Source: Polyangiales bacterium (GTDB taxonomy: Bacteria > Myxococcota_A > Polyangia > Polyangiales > Ga0077539). Taken from it: a DNA stretch of 64,000 nt. A program made the translations under genes and the position numbers. Shown piece by piece: positions 1-8,109 of this stretch. The stretch spans positions 800,001 through 864,000 of the forward strand of contig JBGARZ010000001.1 in NCBI GenBank assembly GCA_044229975.1, given 5' to 3'. The notes beneath the pieces are model-generated. The model made no database searches. It was not told the origin of the DNA and saw only the letters and a list, made by a program, of their open reading frames with translations. The stretch's first letter is position 1. Each line of letters opens with the position of its first letter.

Positions 1-114
1 CGACGCCGAACGCTGGGCGCGCTTGGGTTGCTGGGCGTCGCGATGGCCACGCTGTGGCTGCTGGTGCGCCGGCCCGTCCGGCGGTTGCCGAGGGTGAGCC
101 CGGCGACGGGTTGA
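1..114 (+). CDS. 3' end of a truncated CDS with a C-terminal transmembrane anchor
   Basis: Frame 1 reads RRRTLGALGLLGVAMATLWLLVRRPVRRLPRVSPATG*: a hydrophobic helix followed by a basic tail, with TGA at 112-114. Confidence 0.55.
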   Translation, partial: RRRTLGALGLLGVAMATLWLLVRRPVRRLPRVSPATG

Positions 115-157
115 GGTTTGCGTTGGGGCGGGGTGGTGGGCGAAGTTGCGGCCCACG

Positions 158-928
158 ATGAGATGGCGCGCGGCCTTGGGGTTGTTGCTCGGGTGGACGC
201 TCTCGGCCTGCGCGGACGACCCCGCGATCGAAGAGGGTCGGCGCGCGGTGGAGGCGCTCGCGTTGCAGGCCCAGGCGGTGGGCCTGGCGCAGGCCTTCGC
301 GACGTCACTCGATGGCGTGACGGGCAACAACACCGCGGCGCAGCGAGCGGCGGCGCAGGCGCAGGCGACGTTTACGCCCGCGGGGTGTGCGCGGGTGCAG
401 ATTCGCGACAACGAGCTGCGCGTGACGCTCACCGACTGCGTCGGGCCCTACGGCATGGTGGCGATGAACGGCACCCTCAACGCGACGATCACGGTGGCGA
501 GCCCGTCGCAGGTCGACGTGGCGATGACGGGTGATGTTCGTACGCGGTGGTCGTCGTTTCAGCCGGCGATTCGCGCGAGCGTGACGGCGCTGACGGGCTC
601 TTACTCGGTGCAGTACTCGGGGTCGGTGACGGGGGTCGGGTCGCTGGGTGGGACGTACACCGTGTCGGCCAACGGGGTGGGGAGCCTTGAGGCGGACTGC
701 GTTCAGTTGAGCGGCAACGCGAGCGTGGGCGCTGGGGCGGAGGCGTGGACGGTGCTCATCGCCAGCTACGCGCGGTGCAACAACGGGTGCCCGCAGAGCG
801 GAGGGAGCCTGCTGCTGACGCGGGCGTCGGGGATGCAGACGCGCATCCAGCTCAACGGCGGAAACGCGGTGACAGTGACCGCGGCGACGGGGCGCGAGGA
901 GTCGTCGGAGGTGACCTGCGGGGGGTGA
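158..928 (+). CDS. Hypothetical lipoprotein, beta-rich
   Basis: ATG158 gives MRWRAALGLLLGWTLSAC (lipobox LSAC). The mature part is Gly/Thr/Val-rich with paired Cys. Confidence 0.75.
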   Translation: MRWRAALGLLLGWTLSACADDPAIEEGRRAVEALALQAQAVGLAQAFATSLDGVTGNNTAAQRAAAQAQATFTPAGCARVQIRDNELRVTLTDCVGPYGMVAMNGTLNATITVASPSQVDVAMTGDVRTRWSSFQPAIRASVTALTGSYSVQYSGSVTGVGSLGGTYTVSANGVGSLEADCVQLSGNASVGAGAEAWTVLIASYARCNNGCPQSGGSLLLTRASGMQTRIQLNGGNAVTVTAATGREESSEVTCGG

Positions 929-968
929 GCGGGGAGGGGTCTTCGCTTCTTCAGGAGCGCAAGCACAC

Positions 969-1202
969 TCACGCCGCGTCGCGCCGGATGGGCAGCTCCT
1001 CGCGTCGTGCCTGGCGTGCGGCGAAGTGCAGGCAGGCGGCGACGTCCTCACGTTCGAGGTAGGGATAGTCGGCCAGGATCTCGTCCGAACTCATGCCGTC
1101 GGCCAACAGTTCGAGAACGTCCGCGACGGTGATGCGAAGCCCGCGAATGGTGGGGCGTCCGCCGCAGAGGCCGGGGATGATCGTGATGCGAGAGTCAGGC
1201 AT
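969..1202 (-). CDS. DUF433-family protein (VapB45-like antitoxin type)
   Basis: RITIIPGLCGGRPTIRGLRITVADVLELLADGMSSDEILADYPYLEREDVAACLHFAA matches the DUF433 pattern. Confidence 0.9.
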   Translation of the reverse strand: MPDSRITIIPGLCGGRPTIRGLRITVADVLELLADGMSSDEILADYPYLEREDVAACLHFAARQARREELPIRRDAA

Positions 1203-1296
1203 CGGTTCTTGAGCCTTCCGTCGAGGAGTCGAGCGCGAGCCGCAGCCTACACCATCGCCCTGACCACCGACGCCGTGACCTCGGGCACTTCCCGGG

Positions 1297-2112
1297 TCAC
1301 TCCTCCCGTCGCACCCGACCGCGCGGAACTTCCGCCCCCGCGAGCATCTCCGCCGCCGTCCTCGCGGGTGGCCCTGGTCGCAGTCTCACCATCCACGGCG
1401 CCACGAACCACTTCGCCACGTAGTGCGCGGGCATGGCCACGAGGTGCGCCGCCAGCAGCGCCAGCAGCGCCGCGCCCGGCGGCGGCGGGCCATCGCCCTT
1501 GAGCGTCTTCACCGTCACCCACGCTCCGACCAGTCCGAGCGCCACGGCCATCGCCGTCGCGAGCGCGAACTGCCCCCGGATGCGCGCATCGCGGAGCTCG
1601 GCCGCCCGCTGTCTCATCGCGAAGTGCACCCGCAGCTCCGTCGCTTCGACGACCGTCGCTCCCTCGCGCTCGACCTCCGCGACCCGCATGCGGTGACGCG
1701 CCGCCACGCCTCCGATCGTCCCGAGGTACGCGGCGCTGGTGAGGCGGTCGCGCGGGTGGTTGCGCGTGCCGGGCGCCATGTGGATCCATTGCCACCACGA
1801 GGGGCGCTGGAGGGTGCGGACGATGGTTCCGTCGGCGAACCATGTGGCGAACTCGGCGCGGCCGGTGCGCGCCTCCAGCTCGACGAGCACGCGAGCGTCG
1901 GCGGTGCGCCAGACGTCGGTGACGAGCTCGTGGCCGTTGAGACGCAGCACCGCGAGCGCGTAGCCCAGGTGCACGCAGCCGAGGATGTCGAGCGCGTCGA
2001 TCACCTCGGGCGGCGTGTCGGCGGCGCGGCGTGCGAGCGGGTCTTCGCTCGCGTCGAAGTAGTCGAAGGTCAGTGAGCCGGGCTCTCGTGCTGATGGGTC
2101 ACCGGTCGTCAA
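1297..2112 (-). CDS. Hypothetical membrane protein (two C-terminal TM helices)
   Basis: Probable TTG start at 2112 overlaps the upstream stop (TTGA). Hydrophobic segments FALATAMAVALGLVGAWV and AALLALLAAHLVAMP. Confidence 0.6.
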   Translation of the reverse strand: MTTGDPSAREPGSLTFDYFDASEDPLARRAADTPPEVIDALDILGCVHLGYALAVLRLNGHELVTDVWRTADARVLVELEARTGRAEFATWFADGTIVRTLQRPSWWQWIHMAPGTRNHPRDRLTSAAYLGTIGGVAARHRMRVAEVEREGATVVEATELRVHFAMRQRAAELRDARIRGQFALATAMAVALGLVGAWVTVKTLKGDGPPPPGAALLALLAAHLVAMPAHYVAKWFVAPWMVRLRPGPPARTAAEMLAGAEVPRGRVRREE

Positions 2113-2783
2113 GGCGGAGACGCCGCCCCTGCGTCGGGTGACGGCGCGTCGGGCGCTGGCGTCGGCTCGGGAGCAACCGCCCACGGCGCGTTGCTCGGTG
2201 GCTGCGATGGTGGCTGCGCAGAAGGCGGCACCGCGGGCTCGGTGGACAACACGGCGCCAGTGCCTGCGAAGTGCGAGGCCCTGAACCCATCGGGCATCCC
2301 TTGCGGGAAGCGCAGATACGCTTGCAGCGCGCGGCAGTCCGCCGCGGAGATGTGGGGATTGCTGCCGGCGACCGACGAAGGGATGCCGACGCCGAGCCAC
2401 GCCGCGTGGGTGGCCGCGGCGAACCACCCATGCGAGATGGTCGACAGGGTGCCGAGCGCCGTCCAGAGGCCATACGCCCAGCCCATGCCCGGAAGCGCCA
2501 CGTCTACGGTCGCCACCTCGTCCCAGTCGACCGCAACGTACGGGTCGCGATCGCTGTCCGTGACGTTGAGCCGCACGTAGACGCGTCGCTCGTCGCACGC
2601 AATCGCCTCCCCGTGGTAGCGCATGTTCGACGCGTCGATCACCCGCACCTGCGCGCCGAAGGCCTCGTTGGGAGAGGCCACGGAGGCGGCGCTCCGAACG
2701 ACGTACCGCGCCCCAAGGCTCTGACCCGGCGCGCACCCGCCGAGCGCCGTCGCGATCAGTGCGAGGATGGCCGCGAGCCTCAC
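2109..2783 (-). CDS. Hypothetical lipoprotein with internal hydrophobic segment and Pro-rich tail
   Basis: GTG2783 overlaps the upstream stop (GTGA). VRLAAILALIATALGGC is a lipobox. Confidence 0.7.
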   Translation of the reverse strand: MRLAAILALIATALGGCAPGQSLGARYVVRSAASVASPNEAFGAQVRVIDASNMRYHGEAIACDERRVYVRLNVTDSDRDPYVAVDWDEVATVDVALPGMGWAYGLWTALGTLSTISHGWFAAATHAAWLGVGIPSSVAGSNPHISAADCRALQAYLRFPQGMPDGFRASHFAGTGAVLSTEPAVPPSAQPPSQPPSNAPWAVAPEPTPAPDAPSPDAGAASPP

Positions 2784-4327
2784 GGAGCCCCCGGACGAGC
2801 GAAGCGGCTCGCGTTGAAGATCGCGTCCATCTCGGCCTCCTGCGAGCGGTACGGCGCCGCGAGCTCTCTCAGCGCCGAAGCCGGGTCGGCGAGCAGTCGA
2901 TGGGCGCGGGCGGGGCTCTCCTCGCGCAGCCATGGCGCGCGCATCCACTCGTAGTAGTAGCCGCGCGTGCGCAGAAGGTACGCCGCGTTGCCACGCGCCG
3001 GCGGAACCGCGAAGCGCAGCGTGAGCTCGTCCCCTGGCATCGTGACGAGGCGATCGCCCTCGCCACGCAGGCTGCGAGCATCAGCGCGAGCGTCCCTCCC
3101 CGGGCGGGCGACCACCTCCGCGGCGACCTCCGTCACCGGCAAGTCGCGCACCACGAGCGGCGCCGCGCGCAGCGAGTCGATGCGCCAGTGGGCGCGTGCG
3201 AACTCCAGGCGCACCTCGAAGGGCGCGTCGGGCGACGGCGGCGTGATGGGCACTGCTCTCGTCGCGGCGGCGTTGGGGCCGATGTACGGGAGCGTCGCGG
3301 CGAGGGCCCACGACCCGTCGGCGCGACGCACCGAGACGTCGACGCCGCCGAGGCGCTGCGCGAAGGCCGCGATGCTGCGACCCAGCGCCGGGTCGCCGCG
3401 TTCGGCGCTCGCGAGCAGCGCGCCGTAGCTCCGGCCGAGCCACGCGATGGCCTGATAGAACAGGTAGGTGCTCATCAGGCTGTTGCGCGCCCCGAGCACC
3501 AGCGCCCCTTCCCTCGCATGGAGCGCCGGGAAGCGCAGCACCACCGACGTACGGGTCGCGAGGTCGATGCCGTCGGAGCCGGGGTTCCACTCGCGGCCGT
3601 CGCGCTCGGCGAGCAACGGGCAGACCGCGGGCGCGTCGCAGTCCACGGCCGCGACCTCGTCGCCGACCGCGTGCATTGCCTCGCGCTCGAACTCACGGTA
3701 CGCGCAGCTCCCGGCGGGCGCGTCGACGGCGAGCAGCGACACCCGACGCGTGACGTGCGTCTCCAGCGCCTCGTTGCGCATCGCCAGCGTGACGGCGCCG
3801 TCGACGACGCGCGCGAGGGGCAGGTCGTCGAGGTCGTCGGCCTCGAAGGAGCGCGCGATGGAGGTCGAGAACCCTTCGGCCTGGAGCGCCTCGCGGCCCC
3901 CGTCGGTGACGTAGAAGGTCGGGCACGAGCCGAAGCACGCCTTGGGGTTGGCGGCGCACGCGACCGAGCCCGCGACCGAGGCCACCGTCGCGACGCTGAG
4001 GGCAGCGACCGAAGCTCCAGACGCCATGTTTTCGCCGGTCACCGAGCGCTCGACGAGGACGATGTCGTCGCGGCGTAGCGTGAAGATCCCTTCGGCCGTC
4101 TGCCGCCGCTCGGCGTCGAAGCGGGTGCCGGTGCCAGAGAAGGTGTCACCGTCCGACGACCAGTGCGTCGCGATGATGAGGTCGCCATCGCGCAGGTGCA
4201 GCCTCGTCGGCTCTTCGGAGCTCGCCGCGCCTTGCGGCGGCGGCCGCACCACGCGCAACGTCTGGCACGCCGCCCCGAGCAGCAGCACCACGGAGAGCGC
4301 CTTCGCGACCGACGACCGCACCGCCAT
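2780..4327 (-). CDS. Hypothetical lipoprotein with CxxxPKACFGSCPTFY motif
   Basis: MAVRSSVAKALSVVLLLGAAC lipobox; 515 aa; contains a Cys cluster ACAANPKACFGSCPTFYV and a C-terminal RGYYYEWMR. Confidence 0.75.
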   Translation of the reverse strand: MAVRSSVAKALSVVLLLGAACQTLRVVRPPPQGAASSEEPTRLHLRDGDLIIATHWSSDGDTFSGTGTRFDAERRQTAEGIFTLRRDDIVLVERSVTGENMASGASVAALSVATVASVAGSVACAANPKACFGSCPTFYVTDGGREALQAEGFSTSIARSFEADDLDDLPLARVVDGAVTLAMRNEALETHVTRRVSLLAVDAPAGSCAYREFEREAMHAVGDEVAAVDCDAPAVCPLLAERDGREWNPGSDGIDLATRTSVVLRFPALHAREGALVLGARNSLMSTYLFYQAIAWLGRSYGALLASAERGDPALGRSIAAFAQRLGGVDVSVRRADGSWALAATLPYIGPNAAATRAVPITPPSPDAPFEVRLEFARAHWRIDSLRAAPLVVRDLPVTEVAAEVVARPGRDARADARSLRGEGDRLVTMPGDELTLRFAVPPARGNAAYLLRTRGYYYEWMRAPWLREESPARAHRLLADPASALRELAAPYRSQEAEMDAIFNASRFARPGAP

Positions 4328-4333
4328 CGGGCG

Positions 4334-4342
4334 ACGGTATCA
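4334..4342 (-). promoter_or_regulatory. Extended -10-like motif TGATACCGT, 6 nt upstream of ATG4327
   Basis: The minus strand reads GGTGATACCGTCGCCCG-ATG with no SD. The same motif recurs before several other genes. Confidence 0.55.
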
Positions 4343-4362
4343 CCGCCGGACGTCGGGCAGGG

Positions 4363-5562
4363 TCAGTGACCGTCCCGCTCGCGCACGCAGTCGCCCGGTC
4401 GCAGGCCCTCGGTCACCTGGATGCGCACCCCGTCGGAGAGACCCACGCGCACCTCGCGCTCGCGACCGCCGCCGCACGGCAGCGCCCACGCCTTGGCCCC
4501 CTCGAAGCGCAGCGCGCTCTCTTCGATCACCGGAACCCCGGTCGCCCGCGCGAGCTCGACCTCCGCCGACGCGCTGTACCCCGCGCGCACGGCGCCCGGC
4601 GGCTGCGCCACCGCGGCCCACAGCTCGAAGCGCGTCACCCCCGCGCTCGACGACGTGAGCGCCTGCACCGCCGTCGACGTGACGCCGTTGACCTGCTCGA
4701 TGATGGCGCGGGGGGAGATCCAGCGGAGCGTTCCGCGCAGTGGTTCGGCGGGCAGCGCGCCGACGCGAATCGCCACCGCCATCCCGAGCTGGAGCTGGCC
4801 CACGTACGCCTCCTCGATCTGCCCCTTGAAGAGCAGGTCGGTCATGTCGGCCACCACCGCCACCGTCGTCCCGTCGCGAAACCCGCTGGTCTCGCTCACG
4901 TAGTCGCCGAGGTTCACCGGCACCGCGAGCACCGTCCCGTCCACCGGCGAGAGCACCCGGTTCGACCGCAGCGCCGCCCCTCCCCCGCTGGTCCCGCGCG
5001 CGATGAGCTGCGCCCGACTGAGCGCCGCCGTGAGCTCGGCCCGGGCGACCGCTTCGTCGTCCGCCGCCTGGTCGAGCGACTGGCCCGCGATGAGATCGCG
5101 CGACGCCTGCCCTCGCGCCCGCGCCAGCTCCCGCGCGGCCCGCGTGTGGCGAACCCGCGCGAGCTGCACCTGCGCCTGCGCGTCGCCCAGCGCCACCGGA
5201 TCGGCCAGGATGCGAACCGTCGCCAGCAGGTCGCCCCGGTGCACCACGTCGCCCGGGTGCGCCGCGAGCTCCACCAGCATCCCCGACACCAGCGGCCGCA
5301 CGAACACCTCCTGCCGCGGAACGATGCGCCCCGTCGCCTGCGCCTTCACCACCACGTCGCCGAGGCGCACCCGCAGCCCCGTCGGCGGCGGCGCGACGTG
5401 CGCCCGCTTCCACGCGCGCACCCCGTACGCAGCGCCGCCCGCCAACACGGCCAGCGCCGCGAGCCGCGAGAGCCAGCGCCACGCCCCGCCGCGCGTCCGC
5501 GGGGCCGCCGCGAGCGCGTCGTCGTCGGTGTCGTGGATGGCATCGCCCGTGTCGGCCGTCAT
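4363..5562 (-). CDS. Efflux periplasmic adaptor subunit (MacA/HlyD family)
   Basis: ATG5562 overlaps the permease stop. N-terminal TM, QATGRIVP..VRPLVSG lipoyl halves, coiled coil, VLSPVDGTVL, C-terminal VRVGLSDG..VTEGLRPGD. Confidence 0.9.
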   Translation of the reverse strand: MTADTGDAIHDTDDDALAAAPRTRGGAWRWLSRLAALAVLAGGAAYGVRAWKRAHVAPPPTGLRVRLGDVVVKAQATGRIVPRQEVFVRPLVSGMLVELAAHPGDVVHRGDLLATVRILADPVALGDAQAQVQLARVRHTRAARELARARGQASRDLIAGQSLDQAADDEAVARAELTAALSRAQLIARGTSGGGAALRSNRVLSPVDGTVLAVPVNLGDYVSETSGFRDGTTVAVVADMTDLLFKGQIEEAYVGQLQLGMAVAIRVGALPAEPLRGTLRWISPRAIIEQVNGVTSTAVQALTSSSAGVTRFELWAAVAQPPGAVRAGYSASAEVELARATGVPVIEESALRFEGAKAWALPCGGGREREVRVGLSDGVRIQVTEGLRPGDCVRERDGH

Positions 5563-6782
5563 CAGGTGCTCCGCAGGGCCTCGTTGGGGTTGAGCCGCGC
5601 CGCCTCGCGCGCCGGAAAGTATCCCGCGACCACGGCGGTCGCCACGAGCACGCCGAGGGCCGTGAGCGCCGTGCGCAGGTCGATGCTCGGGTCGCGGAAG
5701 TAGTCCGATCGAACCTCCGCGCGTCGCGCAGCCTCGACGAGGCCGACGCCTACGAGGAGACCGAGTCCGCCCGCGACGAAGGCCAGCGCCACGGCCTCGG
5801 CGAGCACCATGGTCATGACCGTCGACGGGGTCGCGCCGAGCGCGCGCCGCAGGCCGAACTCCGCCGTCCGCTCGCGCACCGACACGAACATGATGTTGCT
5901 GATGCCCACCATGCCGGAGACGAGCGTTCCGAGGCCCACGACGATGACGGCGATGTCGATGCCGCGCATCAGCGTCACGAACTTCCGAAACTCCTGCTCC
6001 GCAAACCACACGTCGACGGCGCCGCGGTCGTTGGGGTCGAAGCGCTTGCGACGCGCGAGCAGCCGTCGGATGTGGGCCGTCGCTCGCTCGGCCGAGGCGC
6101 CCGCTCGCAGGGTCGCGGTCATCACGTGCACCTGTCGGCGCGAGTCGAAGGTCTGCGCGAGCGCGCTGTACGGCATGAACACCCGGCGCAGCTCGCCCTC
6201 TCCGCCCGCGTCGGTGAAGACCCCGACGACGAGGAAGGGAACGCCGCCGATCTCCACCTGCTGCCCGACGGCCTCGCTCGCGCCGAAGAGCGTCTGCGCC
6301 ACGCGCACGCCGAGGATGACCACCCGCCGCGCGCGCGCCACATCGAGGTCGTTGATGAGCCGGCCGCGGACCACCTGCGTGCGCTCGACCACCGCGTAGC
6401 CGGGGTAGATGCCGTAGGTGGGGAAGGCGCCGTTGCGGGTTCCGCGCGTGAAGGTGAGGCCCGCGGGAGCGCTGTGGCGGGGAGAGACGTTTTCGATCTC
6501 GGGAACACCGCGCGCGATGGCCTCGACGTCGTCGATGGTGAGCATGAGCTGCCGCCCGGGGCCGAGGCCCTCGAAGCTCATGGAGGTGCGGCCGACGTTG
6601 ATCCACGCGGAGTTGGTGGCCGTGTCGGCGAAGAGCTTGTCGAGGCCGTTGCGCAAGCCCCGGCCGCCGCCGAGCAGCACCACCAGCATGAGGATTCCCC
6701 AGAACACCCCGAAGGCCGTCGCCGCGGCGCGCATGCGGTGGCGGGCCACGCCCTCGAAGACCTCGACGAGCAGATCGATCAT
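5562..6782 (-). CDS. ABC transporter permease (MacB/FtsX family)
   Basis: TAFGVFWGILMLVVLLG, GRLIN..D, GISNIMFVSVRERTAEFGLRRALGA and AGYFPAREAARLNP are MacB-type motifs. Confidence 0.93.
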   Translation of the reverse strand: MIDLLVEVFEGVARHRMRAAATAFGVFWGILMLVVLLGGGRGLRNGLDKLFADTATNSAWINVGRTSMSFEGLGPGRQLMLTIDDVEAIARGVPEIENVSPRHSAPAGLTFTRGTRNGAFPTYGIYPGYAVVERTQVVRGRLINDLDVARARRVVILGVRVAQTLFGASEAVGQQVEIGGVPFLVVGVFTDAGGEGELRRVFMPYSALAQTFDSRRQVHVMTATLRAGASAERATAHIRRLLARRKRFDPNDRGAVDVWFAEQEFRKFVTLMRGIDIAVIVVGLGTLVSGMVGISNIMFVSVRERTAEFGLRRALGATPSTVMTMVLAEAVALAFVAGGLGLLVGVGLVEAARRAEVRSDYFRDPSIDLRTALTALGVLVATAVVAGYFPAREAARLNPNEALRST

Positions 6783-7474
6783 GGCGCGGTCACCTCAGCG
6801 CCCTGGGCGTCACCGGACACCACGCGACCGTCGCGCACGACGATGACGCGATCGGCCGCGGCGGCGACGGCGGGCTCGTGGGTGACCAGCACGATGGTTC
6901 GGCCGCGGGCGTGGATCTCGCGGAAGAGGGCCATCACCTCACCGGAGGTCCTGGAGTCGAGGTTGCCGGTGGGCTCGTCGGCGAGGATGACGGGAGGATT
7001 GTTGGCGAGCGCGCGGGCGATGGCGACGCGCTGCCGCTGGCCGCCGGAGAGCTCGTCGGGGCGGTGGGTGGCGCGGGAGGCGAGGCCGAGGCGGGCGAGC
7101 AGCGCGAGGGCGCGGCGGCGGCGCTCGGGGCGTTCGACGCCTGCGTAGGCGAGCGGGAGGGCGACGTTTTCCCAGGCCGACTTGTGGGCAAGGAGATGGA
7201 AGGACTGGAAGACGAAGCCGAGGAGCGCGTTGCGCAGGCGGGCGGCGCGGTCTTCGGAGAGGGCGCGGGTGTCGTGACCGGCGAGGGTGTAGCGGCCGGC
7301 ATCGTAGCTTTCGAGGAGGCCGAGGATGGAGAGCAGGGTGCTCTTGCCGGAGCCCGACGCGCCCATGATGGCGACGAACTCGCCGCGCTCGATGCGGAGG
7401 CTCGCGCCGTGGAGCACCGGGAGGGCGCGACCGCCGACGCGGTAGCTCTTGCGGAGGGCTTCGACCTCGACCAT
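6779..7474 (-). CDS. ABC transporter ATP-binding protein (MacB/LolD family)
   Basis: Walker A GASGSGKST, GFVFQSFHL, LSGGQRQRVAIARAL, ILADEPTGNLD, LVTHE. The start could lie as far upstream as 7513. Confidence 0.95.
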   Translation of the reverse strand: MVEVEALRKSYRVGGRALPVLHGASLRIERGEFVAIMGASGSGKSTLLSILGLLESYDAGRYTLAGHDTRALSEDRAARLRNALLGFVFQSFHLLAHKSAWENVALPLAYAGVERPERRRRALALLARLGLASRATHRPDELSGGQRQRVAIARALANNPPVILADEPTGNLDSRTSGEVMALFREIHARGRTIVLVTHEPAVAAAADRVIVVRDGRVVSGDAQGAEVTAP

Positions 7475-7519
7475 CACGGCGCCGGGTGTGCCCGCGCGCG
7501 GGCCTTCGCGCAAGGTGCG

Positions 7520-7894
7520 CTACCGAACGAACAGGAAGTACACGCCCGCGAACAAGGCGACGAGGGTGCCGACGATGACACCCGCGATGACGGCGGGTGA
7601 GGTCGGCTTGCCGGTGGGGAGGTTGATGCCGTGGCGCGCGGCGAAGGCGACGACCGCGTCGTTGGACGCCTGGAGCGGCATCGCGAGCAGCACGCGGTGG
7701 AGGTGGAGCACCGAGAGCTGCCCCATCGGACCACGCTTGAGGTTGTCGAGCATCCACGCCTCGCGGGCGACCTGATCGCGGGCGAGCGGGCCGTAGTCGA
7801 AGCTGCACGACGCGCAGCGCCAGGTGCCGCCCATCTCCTGGATGAGCGTGTTTTCGCGGCAGCCGGGACACTGCGAGTAGAGGGTCGAGCGCAT
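7520..7894 (-). CDS. Small zinc-ribbon protein with C-terminal TM helix
   Basis: MRSTLYSQCPGC...WRCASC (two CxxC pairs); C-terminal VIAGVIVGTLVALFAGVYFLFVR. Confidence 0.7.
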   Translation of the reverse strand: MRSTLYSQCPGCRENTLIQEMGGTWRCASCSFDYGPLARDQVAREAWMLDNLKRGPMGQLSVLHLHRVLLAMPLQASNDAVVAFAARHGINLPTGKPTSPAVIAGVIVGTLVALFAGVYFLFVR

Positions 7895-7901
7895 CACCGC
7901 G

Positions 7902-7910
7902 ACGGTATCA
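7902..7910 (-). promoter_or_regulatory. Extended -10-like motif TGATACCGT, 7 nt upstream of ATG7894
   Basis: GGTGATACCGTCGC is identical to the element upstream of the 4327 gene. Confidence 0.55.
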
Positions 7911-7953
7911 CCGGGCGGCGTACACGCGAGGCCGGAGAGGGGTGGTCGGAGAG

Positions 7954-8086
7954 AGGCCGCGAGGGCGCGAGGATCGCAAGGGTCATGAGGAGTTGGAGGT
8001 CGAAGCGGTCGCGCCACGACGGTGACCATCGACCGTGTCAGCCGCATATTCCACCGCCCCTTGCGATCCTCGCGCCCTTGCGGCCT
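7954..8086. repeat. REP-like inverted repeat element (29-bp arms)
   Basis: AGGCCGCGAGGGCGCGAGGATCGCAAGGG (7954-7982) pairs with CCCTTGCGATCCTCGCGCCCTTGCGGCCT (8058-8086) with one mismatch. A related element lies at 56926-57022. Confidence 0.85.
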
Positions 8087-8109
8087 TTCTTCGATCAAGC
8101 CCTTCCGTC

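Noticed and set aside
1275..1300. Hairpin GTGACCTCGGG-CACTT-CCCGGGTCAC as an intrinsic terminator
   Set aside because: The stem is real but there is no U-tract on either strand, and such stems arise easily at this GC content.
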